IMG/VR virus record: IMGVR_UViG_2740892211_000019
Reading direction: 5' to 3' (one strand)
DNA length: 37,093 nucleotides
From: a virus
Taxonomy: Duplodnaviria; Heunggongvirae; Uroviricota; Caudoviricetes
Within the stretch, counting starts at the first letter, position 1; each line of letters opens with the position of its first letter. The notes under the pieces were generated by a model. The model was given only the letters and a program-made list of their open reading frames with translations, was not told where the DNA came from and did not search any database. Made by a program: the position numbers and the translations under genes. This document shows, in pieces, positions 17,993 through 28,020 of the stretch.

Positions 17993-18316
17993 GTGAGCAC
18001 CATTCAAACAGGGATCACAGAGCAGGTTATTGCGTGGCTCTTTGACCACCTGCCAACGGTGTATGCAGTAGGCGCGGCGGTCAGCATTTCCGCGCTGATG
18101 AGTCTTTATGACGGACGAACACTGGTTCAGACCGTAACGGGATCGCTGGCGTGCGGCGTTCTTGCCATGGCCGTGGCCGGGTCGCTGCGCTTCTTCGGGA
18201 TCCCTGAGGATGCAGTGACGTTTTTTGGTGCCTCAATCGGTTTTATGGGCGCAGAGAAAGCACGCGACAAGGTTATTGCAATATTTGATCGCAGGGTGAA
18301 GGAGAGGAACGAATGA
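17993..18316 (+). CDS. Putative holin
   Basis: GTG start at 17993 after GGGGAG. Product is small with hydrophobic stretches (AVGAAVSISALMSL, LACGVLAMAVAGSL) and sits at the gpY position before the endolysin. Confidence 0.55.
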   Translation: MSTIQTGITEQVIAWLFDHLPTVYAVGAAVSISALMSLYDGRTLVQTVTGSLACGVLAMAVAGSLRFFGIPEDAVTFFGASIGFMGAEKARDKVIAIFDRRVKERNE

Positions 18317-18705
18317 GCAACACATTTAAATTCAGCAGCCGGAGCGAAAAGAATTTGCAGGGTGTAAATCCTGATCTGGTGAAAGTGACCCGACGGGCGC
18401 TGGAAATCTCGGAAGTGGATTTTGGTATCACCGAAGGATTGCGCAGTCGTTATCGTCAGAAGCAGCTCGTGACCACAGGCAAGAGCCAGACCATGAACAG
18501 TCGCCATCTCACAGGGCATGCCGTGGATGTTGTGGCTTATGTCGGCAACCAGGTGTCATGGGAATGGCCGCTGTACGAAAAAATCGCAGCAGCATTCAGA
18601 CAGGCCAGCCAGGAACTGAATATTCCGGTGGAATGGGGCGGCGACTGGAAGACCCTGAAAGACGGACCGCATTTTCAGTTACCACACGGAGCCTATCCGG
18701 CATGA
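18313..18705 (+). CDS. Endolysin, peptidase M15-type (Zn-dependent D-Ala-D-Ala / L-Ala-D-Glu peptidase family)
   Basis: SRHLTGHAVDV matches the H-x6-D zinc-ligand pattern of M15 peptidases; 130 aa; located between the holin and the spanins. Confidence 0.7.
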   Translation: MSNTFKFSSRSEKNLQGVNPDLVKVTRRALEISEVDFGITEGLRSRYRQKQLVTTGKSQTMNSRHLTGHAVDVVAYVGNQVSWEWPLYEKIAAAFRQASQELNIPVEWGGDWKTLKDGPHFQLPHGAYPA

Positions 18706-19097
18706 AGCTCTGGCCCACGCTTGGCGTCGCTTTCCTTCTGATTACATCCATGCGTCTGTCGTGGTCGCTGGGCCGGGAGAACGCCAGAAACGAAGCGCAG
18801 GCCAGCACCCTGAAAAGTACCGTCGACACACTGAATATCATCAGCGCCGGGGTACAGGATATGCAGCAGGTGCTGGCTCAGCTCCGCGCGGAAAATCAGC
18901 AACGCAATCAGGACGGAGAGGTAAGACGTGAACAGCTACGCAACGATATTGCAAAAGATGAATGCGCCCACGCTTTGCCTGACGCTCGTTTTACTGACAG
19001 GTTGCGCAGGCACGCAGAACGCGCCAGGGCCAGCGCCGTCAGTCCGGCTTATACCGCAGACGCTGACCATGCCGGTAACGCCTCCCCCCTTCCCTGA
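18702..19097 (+). CDS. Rz-like i-spanin (LysB analogue)
   Basis: ATG at 18702 overlaps the endolysin stop. N-terminal TM segment (LWPTLGVAFLLITSM) followed by a charged coiled-coil-like region. Confidence 0.6.
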   Translation: MKLWPTLGVAFLLITSMRLSWSLGRENARNEAQASTLKSTVDTLNIISAGVQDMQQVLAQLRAENQQRNQDGEVRREQLRNDIAKDECAHALPDARFTDRLRRHAERARASAVSPAYTADADHAGNASPLP

Positions 19098-19239
19098 CCC
19101 ACCCACATGGGGAAACCTCGGAATATGGGGCGACCGCCTTCTGGATGCACTGGAAACCTGTAACGCGGATAAACGGGCCATTGCTGAACTGGATAAGAGA
19201 ATAGCCGAACTGACACACCAGACGGGAGTAACACAATGA
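18928..19239 (+). CDS. Rz1-like o-spanin lipoprotein (LysC analogue), in the +1 frame overlapping Rz
   Basis: Signal peptide with lipobox LLTGC and a proline-rich mature region. Start may instead be the internal ATG at 18958. Confidence 0.55.
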   Translation: MNSYATILQKMNAPTLCLTLVLLTGCAGTQNAPGPAPSVRLIPQTLTMPVTPPPFPDPPTWGNLGIWGDRLLDALETCNADKRAIAELDKRIAELTHQTGVTQ

Positions 19240-21113
19240 CCAGTAAGAACTTTGCACTGATTACAGCCATGACACAGGCTGAACTGACTCAAAAGGTGAA
19301 TGAACATCTTGCGAAAGGGTGGCATCTTCAGGGGGAGACGCGGGTTGCCTACGAACCCGGCACCCCGTGGTATCTAATGCAGGCAATGGTGGCCGATGGC
19401 ACTACAGACATCTCACCTGATTCCCCCCAGCACGGCAGCGTGCCGGAGTGGTATTACGTGGTGGTACTTGCTGGTCAATCCAATGCCATGTCATATGGTG
19501 AGGGAATGCCGCTGCCGGATTCTTACGATGCGCCCCACCCACGCATTAAGCAACTGGCCCGTCGCAACACAGTGACTCCCGGTGGTAAAGCATGCGCATT
19601 TAACGACATCATTCCGGCAGACCACTGCCTGCATGATGTTCAGGATATGAGCGCACTGAATCACCCGAATGCAGACCTGAGCAAAGGGCAGTATGGCTGT
19701 GTCGGACAGGGCTTGCATATTGCCAAACGCCTGTTGCCTTACATTCCACAGAATGCCGGGATTTTACTGGTTCCATGCTGTCGTGGTGGTTCGGCATTCA
19801 CCCAGGGCGCGGAGGGGACATTCAGCGAGTCCACAGGAGCCAGTCAGGATTCGGCTCGCTGGGGTGTGGGTAAACCTTTATATCAGGACCTGATTTTGCG
19901 CACGAAGGCCGCATTGCAGAAAAACCCAAAAAACATGCTGCTGGCCGTATGCTGGATGCAGGGCGAATTTGACATGAGCGCCGCTACGTACTCACAGCAA
20001 CCTCCGCTGTTTACGGCCATGCTGAAACAGTTTCGTGCGGACATTACCGAGTTTAACACGCAGTGTCATGGAGGCAGAGCGGCAAGTGTGCCATGGATTT
20101 GTGGTGACACGACGTATTACTGGAAAAACACCTACGGCACGCAGTACGACACCATTTACGGGGCGTACAAAAACAGGGAGAGCGACAACGTTTTCTTTGT
20201 GCCGTTCCTGACCGATGGTAGTGGCAACAATACCTCCACCAACGCACCAACGGAAGATCCGGATGCTGCAAGTGAGGGATATTACGGTTCGGCATCCCGA
20301 ACGAACAAAAACTGGGTATCATCAAATCGCCAGACGCATTTCAGCTCATGGGCGCGTCGTGGCATTATTCCCGATCGTATGGCAACCGCTATTCTGAACG
20401 TAGCCGGTCGCACCTTAGCCTTCATCAGTGGTAAGGCACCGGAAATCAAACCCTCGCCCGGCGGCGACACGCCATCGGGGCCGTCTGAAGATGCATCCGT
20501 ACGCACAATCTCCCTGTTGCCGACAGCCGGAGATGCTGCTGCGCAGGGCTGGAGCATTAAGAATGGCGGAATTCAGTTGTCAGAGGGTGTATTTAAGATC
20601 ACCAAGCAGAGCAATAAAACCTGGTCCCTGACGCGCCCGGTGGATGACGCAGTCTCCCTGCTGACACGGGGTGGCAGACTGAGCTGTAAGTTTCGACTGT
20701 CAGGCGCACTGACCAACAATCAGTTCGGTCTGGGAATTTATCTGTATACCGATGTAGCGTTACCTGACGTCGTGGCGATGACCGGGACTGGTAACCCGTT
20801 CCTGATGTCGTTCTTCACCCAGACCACAGACGGCAAACTGAATCTGATGCATCACAAGAAAGCAGGAAACACAAAGTTGGGCGAGTTCGGGAATTACAGT
20901 AACGACTGGCAGACGCTGGAGCTGGTGTTCACCGCCGGCAGTGCCACGGTTACTCCGAAACTGAATGGAGTGGCTGGCCCGGCATTCCAGGTCATAAAAG
21001 ACAGTCTGACACTGGGGCTGAATGCGCTGACGTTAACTGATATCACTAAAAATGCCGCGTACGGCGTCGATATCGGCAGCCTGGTGCTGGAAATCAATAA
21101 TCCCGCAGCATAA
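19236..21113 (+). CDS. NanS-p-like sialate O-acetylesterase (N-terminal DUF1737-like domain, SGNH/SASA esterase domain, C-terminal domain of unknown function)
   Basis: VVVLAGQSNAMSYGEG is the GQSN nucleophile block of sialate O-acetylesterases. N-terminus (ALITAMTQAELTQKVNEHLAKGWHLQGE) resembles the DUF1737 leader of prophage NanS-p proteins. Inserted between the lysis cassette and gpR. Confidence 0.7.
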   Translation: MTSKNFALITAMTQAELTQKVNEHLAKGWHLQGETRVAYEPGTPWYLMQAMVADGTTDISPDSPQHGSVPEWYYVVVLAGQSNAMSYGEGMPLPDSYDAPHPRIKQLARRNTVTPGGKACAFNDIIPADHCLHDVQDMSALNHPNADLSKGQYGCVGQGLHIAKRLLPYIPQNAGILLVPCCRGGSAFTQGAEGTFSESTGASQDSARWGVGKPLYQDLILRTKAALQKNPKNMLLAVCWMQGEFDMSAATYSQQPPLFTAMLKQFRADITEFNTQCHGGRAASVPWICGDTTYYWKNTYGTQYDTIYGAYKNRESDNVFFVPFLTDGSGNNTSTNAPTEDPDAASEGYYGSASRTNKNWVSSNRQTHFSSWARRGIIPDRMATAILNVAGRTLAFISGKAPEIKPSPGGDTPSGPSEDASVRTISLLPTAGDAAAQGWSIKNGGIQLSEGVFKITKQSNKTWSLTRPVDDAVSLLTRGGRLSCKFRLSGALTNNQFGLGIYLYTDVALPDVVAMTGTGNPFLMSFFTQTTDGKLNLMHHKKAGNTKLGEFGNYSNDWQTLELVFTAGSATVTPKLNGVAGPAFQVIKDSLTLGLNALTLTDITKNAAYGVDIGSLVLEINNPAA

Positions 21114-21136
21114 GGAAGAGCAGGAGAGCAAAACAG

Positions 21137-21604
21137 ATGCTTAAGACAAACAGTCTGCGAGAGTCCATGCTTCATGGGTGTCGGTGGTGCCAGGCTAATC
21201 CCGAGAAATTCACCATTTTCGTGGAGAGCGGCAACATTGAAACGACCGGAGAAGCGCCCTCGTTTGTTTACCGCTATCAGATGGTGATGTTTGTCATGGA
21301 TTACGCCGGAGAGCTGGACGACCTCACGCTGCCGCTGCTGGCGTGGTTATCCGAAAATCAGCCACAGTTGTTGCTCAATCCGGAGCGTAATCAGGACATC
21401 AAATTTTCTGCCGTTATCAATGACGATGACAGCGCCGATCTCCTGTTTACGCTCCCCCTGCGGGAACGCGTTCGCATCACGCGCAACAGTCAGGGCACAC
21501 CGCAGGCAGAACACCTGCCGGAGCCAAAACCCCGTCTGCCTTCTTCCGAAGGCGACTGGTCGCATGTATTCCAGGATGTGACGTGGGGTGAAAGCGATGG
21601 ATAA
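21137..21604 (+). CDS. R: Tail completion protein R (P2 gpR-like)
   Basis: ORF track, 155 aa; RBS AGGAG; synteny. Confidence 0.85.
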   Translation: MLKTNSLRESMLHGCRWCQANPEKFTIFVESGNIETTGEAPSFVYRYQMVMFVMDYAGELDDLTLPLLAWLSENQPQLLLNPERNQDIKFSAVINDDDSADLLFTLPLRERVRITRNSQGTPQAEHLPEPKPRLPSSEGDWSHVFQDVTWGESDG

Positions 21605-22232
21605 GGCATTCACCCGCGTGGATGAAACCTTTGAGGCTATCCGCGACAGCCTGAATCAGCAGGCCATCAATAACATCGCCAGAAAGCTGGCACAGGATTT
21701 ACGTCGCGCCCAGCAGGCACGTATCCGGTCACAAAAAGCGCCGGACGGGACCGAATGGACACCACGCAGACGCCGCGTAACCCGGATACAGGAGCGCATT
21801 CGCTTTATCTGGAATAACGAAGCACGCACGCTGAAAAACTGGCATCACGACACAGGGAAATACGGGCGAACCATTACCGGGTGGGATGAGGATAAAAACA
21901 ATATCCGCACGTTTTACCGGGATGACATCGACCGTTTTCTGGAAATACGCACCCGGCGCATCAACCAGGACAGCACAAAGCGCGTCCCCATGTTCGTAAA
22001 ACTGCGCACCGCCCGCTACCTGAAAGCCCGTGCAGATGCCTCCGGTGTGACGGTGGGTTACAGCGGCGTGGCCGCACGTATTGCACGCGTTCATCAGTTC
22101 GGTGAGCGCGATCAGGTTGCGCCGGGCATTTTCACCGATTACCCGGTACGTGAGCTGTTGGGTATCAGCCAGGCAGATGAGCGCCTGATTTATAACACGG
22201 TGCTGGGCCGGATTGCGGAGGCTGTACGGTGA
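21588..22232 (+). CDS. S: Tail completion / virion morphogenesis protein S (P2 gpS-like)
   Basis: ORF track; start ambiguous (21588 or 21597), overlapping the end of R. Confidence 0.75.
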   Translation: MKAMDKAFTRVDETFEAIRDSLNQQAINNIARKLAQDLRRAQQARIRSQKAPDGTEWTPRRRRVTRIQERIRFIWNNEARTLKNWHHDTGKYGRTITGWDEDKNNIRTFYRDDIDRFLEIRTRRINQDSTKRVPMFVKLRTARYLKARADASGVTVGYSGVAARIARVHQFGERDQVAPGIFTDYPVRELLGISQADERLIYNTVLGRIAEAVR

Positions 22233-22810
22233 GCGCAGAACTCATGCGACTGCTGAGCAACATCATCCGCACCGGGATCATCTCTGAAGTTGATGAGAAG
22301 TCCTGGCGCGTGCGCGTTCGCAGCGGCGAACTGGAAACAGGCTGGTTGCGCTGGAACACCACGCGCGCGGGAGCCTTCAATGTGTGGCTGCCGCCATCAC
22401 CAGGCGAACAGGTGGTAATTGCCTGCATTGGCGGCAACCCGGAAACCGCCATGATAATTGGCAGCCTGTGGAGTGATGCCAGTCCGGCCCCCGGCAAAAG
22501 CCTGAAAGAAATCGTGGTCAGCGCGCCGGATGGCGCGGTGTTCCGCTACGACGCAGACGCTGGCGCACTGAGCGCCAGCGGCATGAAAACAGCCACCCTG
22601 CAGGCATCCGTCAGCGTGACACTGGATACGCCCGTCGTGGAATGCACAAACCTTCTGAGAACGGCGACGCTTGACGTCACAAAAGGGGGAAAGATGAGCG
22701 GCAATATCACGCACAGCGGCGGCAATTTCACCTCAAACGGCATTACCGTGCATACGCATAAGCACGGTGGCGTTAAAGGTGGCAGCGATTCGACAGGAGG
22801 CCCGCAGTGA
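22229..22810 (+). CDS. V: Baseplate spike / assembly protein V (P2 gpV-like)
   Basis: ORF track, 193 aa; synteny. Confidence 0.85.
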   Translation: MSAELMRLLSNIIRTGIISEVDEKSWRVRVRSGELETGWLRWNTTRAGAFNVWLPPSPGEQVVIACIGGNPETAMIIGSLWSDASPAPGKSLKEIVVSAPDGAVFRYDADAGALSASGMKTATLQASVSVTLDTPVVECTNLLRTATLDVTKGGKMSGNITHSGGNFTSNGITVHTHKHGGVKGGSDSTGGPQ

Positions 22811-23157
22811 CAACCCGCTACACAGGAATGAACCCGGACGGGACGGGAAACCTGAACGATATGGAGCACCTGAAACAGTCAGTCAGGGACATCCTGATCA
22901 CCCCGCTGGCAAGCCGGGTTATGCGACGGGAATATGGCAGCCTTGTGCCTGATTTGATTGACGAACCCATGAATAACACCACGCGTCTGCAATGCATGAG
23001 TGCTGCCGTGATTGCGCTGACACGATGGGAACCCCGCATTGCCCTGGACGCCATCGACGTTGTCTGGAAGGCAGGAGGCCGCGCCGGGGTGACGCTGTCG
23101 GGCACTGTCATGCAGACCATGCAGAATGTTGAATTAACCATCACGCTAAGGGAGTAA
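22807..23157 (+). CDS. W: Baseplate protein W (gp25/GPW family)
   Basis: ORF track, 116 aa; synteny. Confidence 0.85.
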   Translation: MTTRYTGMNPDGTGNLNDMEHLKQSVRDILITPLASRVMRREYGSLVPDLIDEPMNNTTRLQCMSAAVIALTRWEPRIALDAIDVVWKAGGRAGVTLSGTVMQTMQNVELTITLRE

Positions 23158-23160
23158 ATC

Positions 23161-24057
23161 ATGCCCGCCGTTGACCTTTCACAGTTACCGGACCCCGCCA
23201 TCATCGCGGAGCCTGACTTTGAGGCAATTCTGGCTGACACAAAGGCCATGATAATTGCGGCTTATCCCGCCGAACAGCGTGAAGCCGTTTCCGCCGCGCT
23301 GGAGCTGGAATCGGAACCCCTTAACGTTATCGCTCAAACCATGTCTTTTCGTGAAATGCTGTTACGCCAGCGGGTTAACGAGGGGGCACGCGCCTGCATG
23401 TTAAGCCACAGCGCCGGGACAGACCTGGACAACCTCGCGGGCAATATGAACACAAAGCGCCTGGTTATCACTCCGGCAACGGATACCACCGACGCGGTGA
23501 TGGAGAGCGACACCTCGCTGAGACTGCGGGCGCAGCGGGCGTATGACGGCCTGAGTGTTGCTGGCCCGTCAGGTGCATACGAGTATTTTGCACGCAGCGC
23601 CAACGGTCTGGTGCGTGATGCGCGGGCCATCAGCCCGTCTCCGGCCTGTGTGACGGTTTCCATTCTGTCCACTGAAGGCGACGGCACAGCAACGGAGGCG
23701 TTGCTTAATACCGTTCGCGCCGTTCTGAATGCAGAGGATACCCGCCCGGTGGCCGACCGCCTGACGGTACAGAGCGCCAGCATCGTGACATGGCGGCTGA
23801 ATGCAAAACTGTACTTTTATCCCGGCCCGGAATCCGAACCTATTCTGGCCGCGGCGGAATCGTCATTCAGGAAGTGGCTGGCTGAACAGGGGCTTATCGG
23901 TCAGGACGTGGCGTTGTCCGCCATTGCTGCCGCACTGCATGTGCACGGTGTGCAACGCGTGGAGATAACCGAACCCACACAGAATATGGCCATCAGCGAC
24001 ATACAGGCGGCGCGCTGTGAGTCATTCACCATCAGCGAAGGTGGGCGCAATGAGTAA
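23161..24057 (+). CDS. J: Baseplate protein J (P2 gpJ-like)
   Basis: ORF track, 298 aa; synteny. Confidence 0.85.
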   Translation: MPAVDLSQLPDPAIIAEPDFEAILADTKAMIIAAYPAEQREAVSAALELESEPLNVIAQTMSFREMLLRQRVNEGARACMLSHSAGTDLDNLAGNMNTKRLVITPATDTTDAVMESDTSLRLRAQRAYDGLSVAGPSGAYEYFARSANGLVRDARAISPSPACVTVSILSTEGDGTATEALLNTVRAVLNAEDTRPVADRLTVQSASIVTWRLNAKLYFYPGPESEPILAAAESSFRKWLAEQGLIGQDVALSAIAAALHVHGVQRVEITEPTQNMAISDIQAARCESFTISEGGRNE

Positions 24058-24658
24058 TTCACTGTTACCACCATCAGCCAGCAATTTCATGCGTTGTGCC
24101 GAAGCCGTCGGAACACGCATTACAGACATTCCGGTAGACCTCAACACGCTGTGGTCGCCGGACACCTGCCCGGTGCATCTGCTGCCTTATCTCGCCTGGG
24201 CGTTTTCCGTTGACCGCTGGGATCGCAACTGGCCGGAAGAGACAAAGCGACAGGTGATTCGTGATGCATGGCTGACACACCGACACAAAGGGACCATCAG
24301 CGCACTGCGAAGAGCCGTGGAGCCTCTCGGCTACCTGATTGAAGTAAAGGAGTGGTGGCAACTCAACGAGGAGCCAGGAACATTTCGCATTGTTGTCGGA
24401 GTACTTGATCAGGGCATCACCGATGAAATGTATCAGGAACTTGAGCGCCTTATTGCGGATGCAAAACCAGTAAGTCGCCATCTGACGGGGCTGGCGATCA
24501 GCCTGAGTGTGAACGGAAAGATTTTCGTTGGTACGGGATGCTATCACGGCGATGCCCTGACGGTTTATCCCTACACCCCGGAGTCTATTATTGTCGAAGG
24601 GGATTATTTCCCTGCTCCGGCCATTCATTTAATTGATAATCTGAGAGTAAACGCATGA
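24050..24658 (+). CDS. I: Baseplate / tail protein I (P2 gpI-like)
   Basis: ATG at 24050 ([11 protein letters not shown]...) after GAAGGTGGG, overlapping the J stop. Confidence 0.8.
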   Translation: MSNSLLPPSASNFMRCAEAVGTRITDIPVDLNTLWSPDTCPVHLLPYLAWAFSVDRWDRNWPEETKRQVIRDAWLTHRHKGTISALRRAVEPLGYLIEVKEWWQLNEEPGTFRIVVGVLDQGITDEMYQELERLIADAKPVSRHLTGLAISLSVNGKIFVGTGCYHGDALTVYPYTPESIIVEGDYFPAPAIHLIDNLRVNA

Positions 24659-26670
24659 CAGCGAAATACTACGCCATTCTGACTAATCAGGGCGCGGAAC
24701 GACTGGCTAACGCGACGATGCTCGGCAGTAAGCTGAATTTGACGCAAATGGCCGTTGGTGATGCAAATGGTGTGTTACCAACACCAAACCCTGCACAAAC
24801 AAAACTGATTAACCAGAAACGCATTGCACCGCTGAATCTTCTGAATGTTGACCCTAACAATCAGAGCCAGATTATTGCGGAGCAAATCATCCCTGAAGAC
24901 GAGGGAGGATTCTGGATCCGTGAGATTGGTCTTTATGATGATAAAGGTGTACTCATTGCGGTGGCAAACTGCCCGGAAACGTACAAACCGCAGTTGCAGG
25001 AAGGCAGTGGACGCACCCAGACTATCCGCATGATTCTGGTTGTCACGAACACCAAAGCCATCACGCTGAAAATCGACCCGTCTGTGGTTCTGGCAACCCG
25101 CAAATATGTGGATGATAAAATCTCAAAGCACGAGCAGTCACGACGTCACCCGGACGCCTCGCTGACCGCAAAAGGCTTTGTTCAACTCAGTAGCGCCACT
25201 AACAGCGATTCTGAAACGCTGGCTGCAACGCCGAAAGCGGTTAAGGCCGCGTATGACCTTGCTAACGCAAAATATACCGCTCAGGACGCCACGACGGCAC
25301 GAAAAGGCATTGTCCAGCTCAGTAGCGCCACCAACAGCGATTCAGAAACGCTGGCGGCAACACCAAAGGCGGTAAAGGCAGCCTATGACCTTGCTAACGG
25401 GAAATATACCGCACAGGACGCCACGACGGCACAAAAAGGAATTGTCCAGCTCAGTAGTGCAACCAACAGCACATCTGAAACGCTTGCTGCAACACCGAAA
25501 GCAGTGAAAGCAGCTAATGACAATGCGAATGGTCGGGTACCTTCTGCCCGTAAGGTGAATGGTAAGGCGCTTTCGGCGGATATAACACTGACGCCGAAAG
25601 ATATTGGTACGCTTAACTCAACAACAATGTCATTCAGCGGTGGTGCTGGTTGGTTCAAATTAGCAACGGTAACCATGCCACAGGCGAGTTCTGTTGTTTC
25701 AATTACGTTGATTGGTGGCGCTGGATTTAACGTCGGTTCACCTCAACAGGCAGGTATATCTGAACTTGTTTTGCGTGCAGGTAATGGTAATCCGAAGGGG
25801 ATTACTGGTGCTTTATGGCAGCGCACATCGACAGGGTTTACAAATTTTGCCTGGGTCAATACATCTGGTGATACTTACGATATTTACGTTGCAATCGGAA
25901 ATTATGCGACTGGTGTAAATATTCAATGGGATTATACCAGTAATGCCAGCGTGACGATTCATACGTCACCAGCATATTCTGCTAATAAGCCGGAAGGGTT
26001 AACGGACGGTACAGTTTATTCACTCTATACGCCATCAGAGCAGTTTTATCCGCCTGGCGCACCAATCCCGTGGCCATCGGATACCGTTCCGTCTGGTTAT
26101 GCCCTGATGCAGGGGCAGACTTTTGACAAATCTGCATACCCAAAACTTGCAGCGGCTTATCCGTCAGGCGTGATCCCTGATATGCGTGGCTGGACGATTA
26201 AGGGCAAACCCGCCAGTGGCCGGGCCGTATTGTCTCAGGAACAGGACGGCATTAAATCGCACACCCACAGCGCCAGCGCATCCAGTACGGATTTGGGTAC
26301 GAAAACCACATCGTCGTTTGATTACGGGACGAAAACAACCTCACTATTTGACTATGGGACCAAAACTACCAGTAACGACGGGAGTCACACGCATTCAATA
26401 CCAACATCAGATGGTGCAAACCAGGGGGGGAAAATTCCACTGACATCTGGGCGTCTGGCAACTCAATATACATCAGCAACAACAGGTTCCTCTGGCTCAC
26501 ATTCTCATACTGTAGGTATTGGTTCTCATCAGCACACTGTCGGTATTGGTGCACACACGCACTCCGTTGCGATTGGCTCACATGGACACACCATCACCGT
26601 TAACGCTGCTGGTAACGCGGAAAACACCGTCAAAAACATCGCATTTAACTATATTGTGAGGCTTGCATAA
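24655..26670 (+). CDS. H: Tail fibre protein H
   Basis: ORF track, 671 aa. Contains three tandem 44-aa repeats and a C-terminal His-rich block (HTHS ... [34 protein letters not shown]) typical of phage fibre tips. Confidence 0.85.
   Translation: MTAKYYAILTNQGAERLANATMLGSKLNLTQMAVGDANGVLPTPNPAQTKLINQKRIAPLNLLNVDPNNQSQIIAEQIIPEDEGGFWIREIGLYDDKGVLIAVANCPETYKPQLQEGSGRTQTIRMILVVTNTKAITLKIDPSVVLATRKYVDDKISKHEQSRRHPDASLTAKGFVQLSSATNSDSETLAATPKAVKAAYDLANAKYTAQDATTARKGIVQLSSATNSDSETLAATPKAVKAAYDLANGKYTAQDATTAQKGIVQLSSATNSTSETLAATPKAVKAANDNANGRVPSARKVNGKALSADITLTPKDIGTLNSTTMSFSGGAGWFKLATVTMPQASSVVSITLIGGAGFNVGSPQQAGISELVLRAGNGNPKGITGALWQRTSTGFTNFAWVNTSGDTYDIYVAIGNYATGVNIQWDYTSNASVTIHTSPAYSANKPEGLTDGTVYSLYTPSEQFYPPGAPIPWPSDTVPSGYALMQGQTFDKSAYPKLAAAYPSGVIPDMRGWTIKGKPASGRAVLSQEQDGIKSHTHSASASSTDLGTKTTSSFDYGTKTTSLFDYGTKTTSNDGSHTHSIPTSDGANQGGKIPLTSGRLATQYTSATTGSSGSHSHTVGIGSHQHTVGIGAHTHSVAIGSHGHTITVNAAGNAENTVKNIAFNYIVRLA
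25171..25566 (+). repeat. Three in-frame tandem direct repeats of 132 bp (44 aa) inside tail fibre gene H
   Basis: Nucleotide copies are phased at 25201, 25333 and 25465 (AACAGC... anchor); protein unit [29 protein letters not shown]. Confidence 0.8.
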
Positions 26671-27248
26671 TGGCATTCAGAATGAGTGAACAATCACGGA
26701 CCATAAAAATTTATAATCTACTGACCGGAACCAATGAGTTTATTGGTGAAGGTGATGCATACATTCCACCTCATACAGGTCTGCCAGCAAACAGTACCGA
26801 TATTGCCCCGCCAGATATTCCGGCTGGCTTCGTGGCCGTTTTCAACAGTGATGAGGCATCGTGGCATCTCGTTGAAGACCATCGGGGTAAAACGGTTTAT
26901 GACGTGGCATCAGGGGACTCGTTATTTATTTCTGAACTCGGTCCATTACCGGAAAATGTTACCTGGTTGTCGCCGTATGGAGAGTATCAGAAGTGGAACG
27001 GCACATCCTGGGGGAAAGATGCAGAAGCAGAAAAACTGTTTCGGATAAGGGAGGCGGAAGAAACAAAAAACAGCCTGATGCAGGTAGCCAGTGAGCATAT
27101 TGCACCACTTCAGGATGCTATAGATTTAGATATTGCGACGGAGGAAGAGACATCGTTACTGGCTGCATGGAAGACATATCGAGTATTGTTGCATCGTGTT
27201 GATACAACAGTAGCAGCAGATATTGAGTGGCCAGTCGCCCCACAATAA
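26670..27248 (+). CDS. G: Tail fibre assembly chaperone G
   Basis: ORF track, 192 aa; start overlaps the H stop; synteny. Confidence 0.8.
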   Translation: MAFRMSEQSRTIKIYNLLTGTNEFIGEGDAYIPPHTGLPANSTDIAPPDIPAGFVAVFNSDEASWHLVEDHRGKTVYDVASGDSLFISELGPLPENVTWLSPYGEYQKWNGTSWGKDAEAEKLFRIREAEETKNSLMQVASEHIAPLQDAIDLDIATEEETSLLAAWKTYRVLLHRVDTTVAADIEWPVAPQ

Positions 27249-27256
27249 AAAGAAAA

Positions 27257-27282
27257 AGCCATCGATAGAAATATCGATGGCT
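27257..27282. terminator. Bidirectional intrinsic terminator (AGCCATCGATA-gaaa-TATCGATGGCT)
   Basis: Perfect 11-bp stem. The T-tract is strong on the minus strand (TTTTCTTTTTATT after the stem) and weaker on the plus strand. Separates G from the convergent acetyltransferase gene. Confidence 0.65.
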
Positions 27283-27291
27283 TTATGTACT

Positions 27292-27897
27292 CTATTTATA
27301 CAATACAGCACCGCTCTTTTTAGTTATATATGTGCAGTTCGATGGTATATCTTTATTTATAAAAGACATTGCACCTATTTTTACATTATCCCCAATTTTA
27401 CGGGATAATCCAATGATGCAACAATTAGCTCCGATATCAACGTTGCTACCAATTTTTACTCTTGAACCAGGTATGTCACCATCTATCTGTCCAATGGTCG
27501 TATTCTGTCGTAACACCAGATTTTCACCAGCATCAACAGCAAAATGAACAACAATTCCAGCATGATGGGGAATTGTTAACCCTTTTCCAATATTTGCGCC
27601 CAATCCAATTTCGCAACCAAATTTGTTAATTATTTTACTGTTTAACTTCTTGGCTGCTTTCTTATGTAATTTATTACCATTAATATACATTTCGTTAGCC
27701 AACCGCCACCAGAAAAGGAAATTCCTGTTACGCTGCTTTTTCTCTCTTAAAAGCCTCCAGATATCCATACGTTTCCGCCGAATTACTTCATGTTTCCAGA
27801 AGTTTTTTAAATTAGTAGAGTTCCCAAATAAAACAAAGTGAATTGCCATTAGGTAAGACAGCACGATAATCTCCTTAATTATTATTTCAGACCACAC
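27292..27897 (-). CDS. Hexapeptide-repeat (left-handed beta-helix) acetyltransferase, CysE/WcaB-like
   Basis: C-terminal half is built of hexapeptide repeats (GCEIGLGANIGKGLTI ... VKIGSNVDIGANCCIIG ... IGDNVKIGAMSFI). Visibly AT-rich gene at the P2 Z/fun hotspot position. Start codon uncertain: GTG at 27897, or ATG at 27849 or 27768. Confidence 0.7.
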   Translation of the reverse strand: MWSEIIIKEIIVLSYLMAIHFVLFGNSTNLKNFWKHEVIRRKRMDIWRLLREKKQRNRNFLFWWRLANEMYINGNKLHKKAAKKLNSKIINKFGCEIGLGANIGKGLTIPHHAGIVVHFAVDAGENLVLRQNTTIGQIDGDIPGSRVKIGSNVDIGANCCIIGLSRKIGDNVKIGAMSFINKDIPSNCTYITKKSGAVLYK

Positions 27898-28020
27898 ATG
27901 TTATAAGGTTAAGAGATTATAAAATCCTGTTGTTTATTATTCAAAAACAATTTTCTGAGAAGGACATACAACAGCAAGTCGCCAGTCACCTTCATCAGGA
28001 AATTGGCGACATACGTTAAA

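Noticed and set aside
25171-25566. Possible CRISPR-like array suggested by regularly spaced direct repeats
   Set aside because: The repeats are 132 bp, in frame and translated as part of tail fibre H, with no short unique spacers or leader; this is a protein-level tandem repeat.
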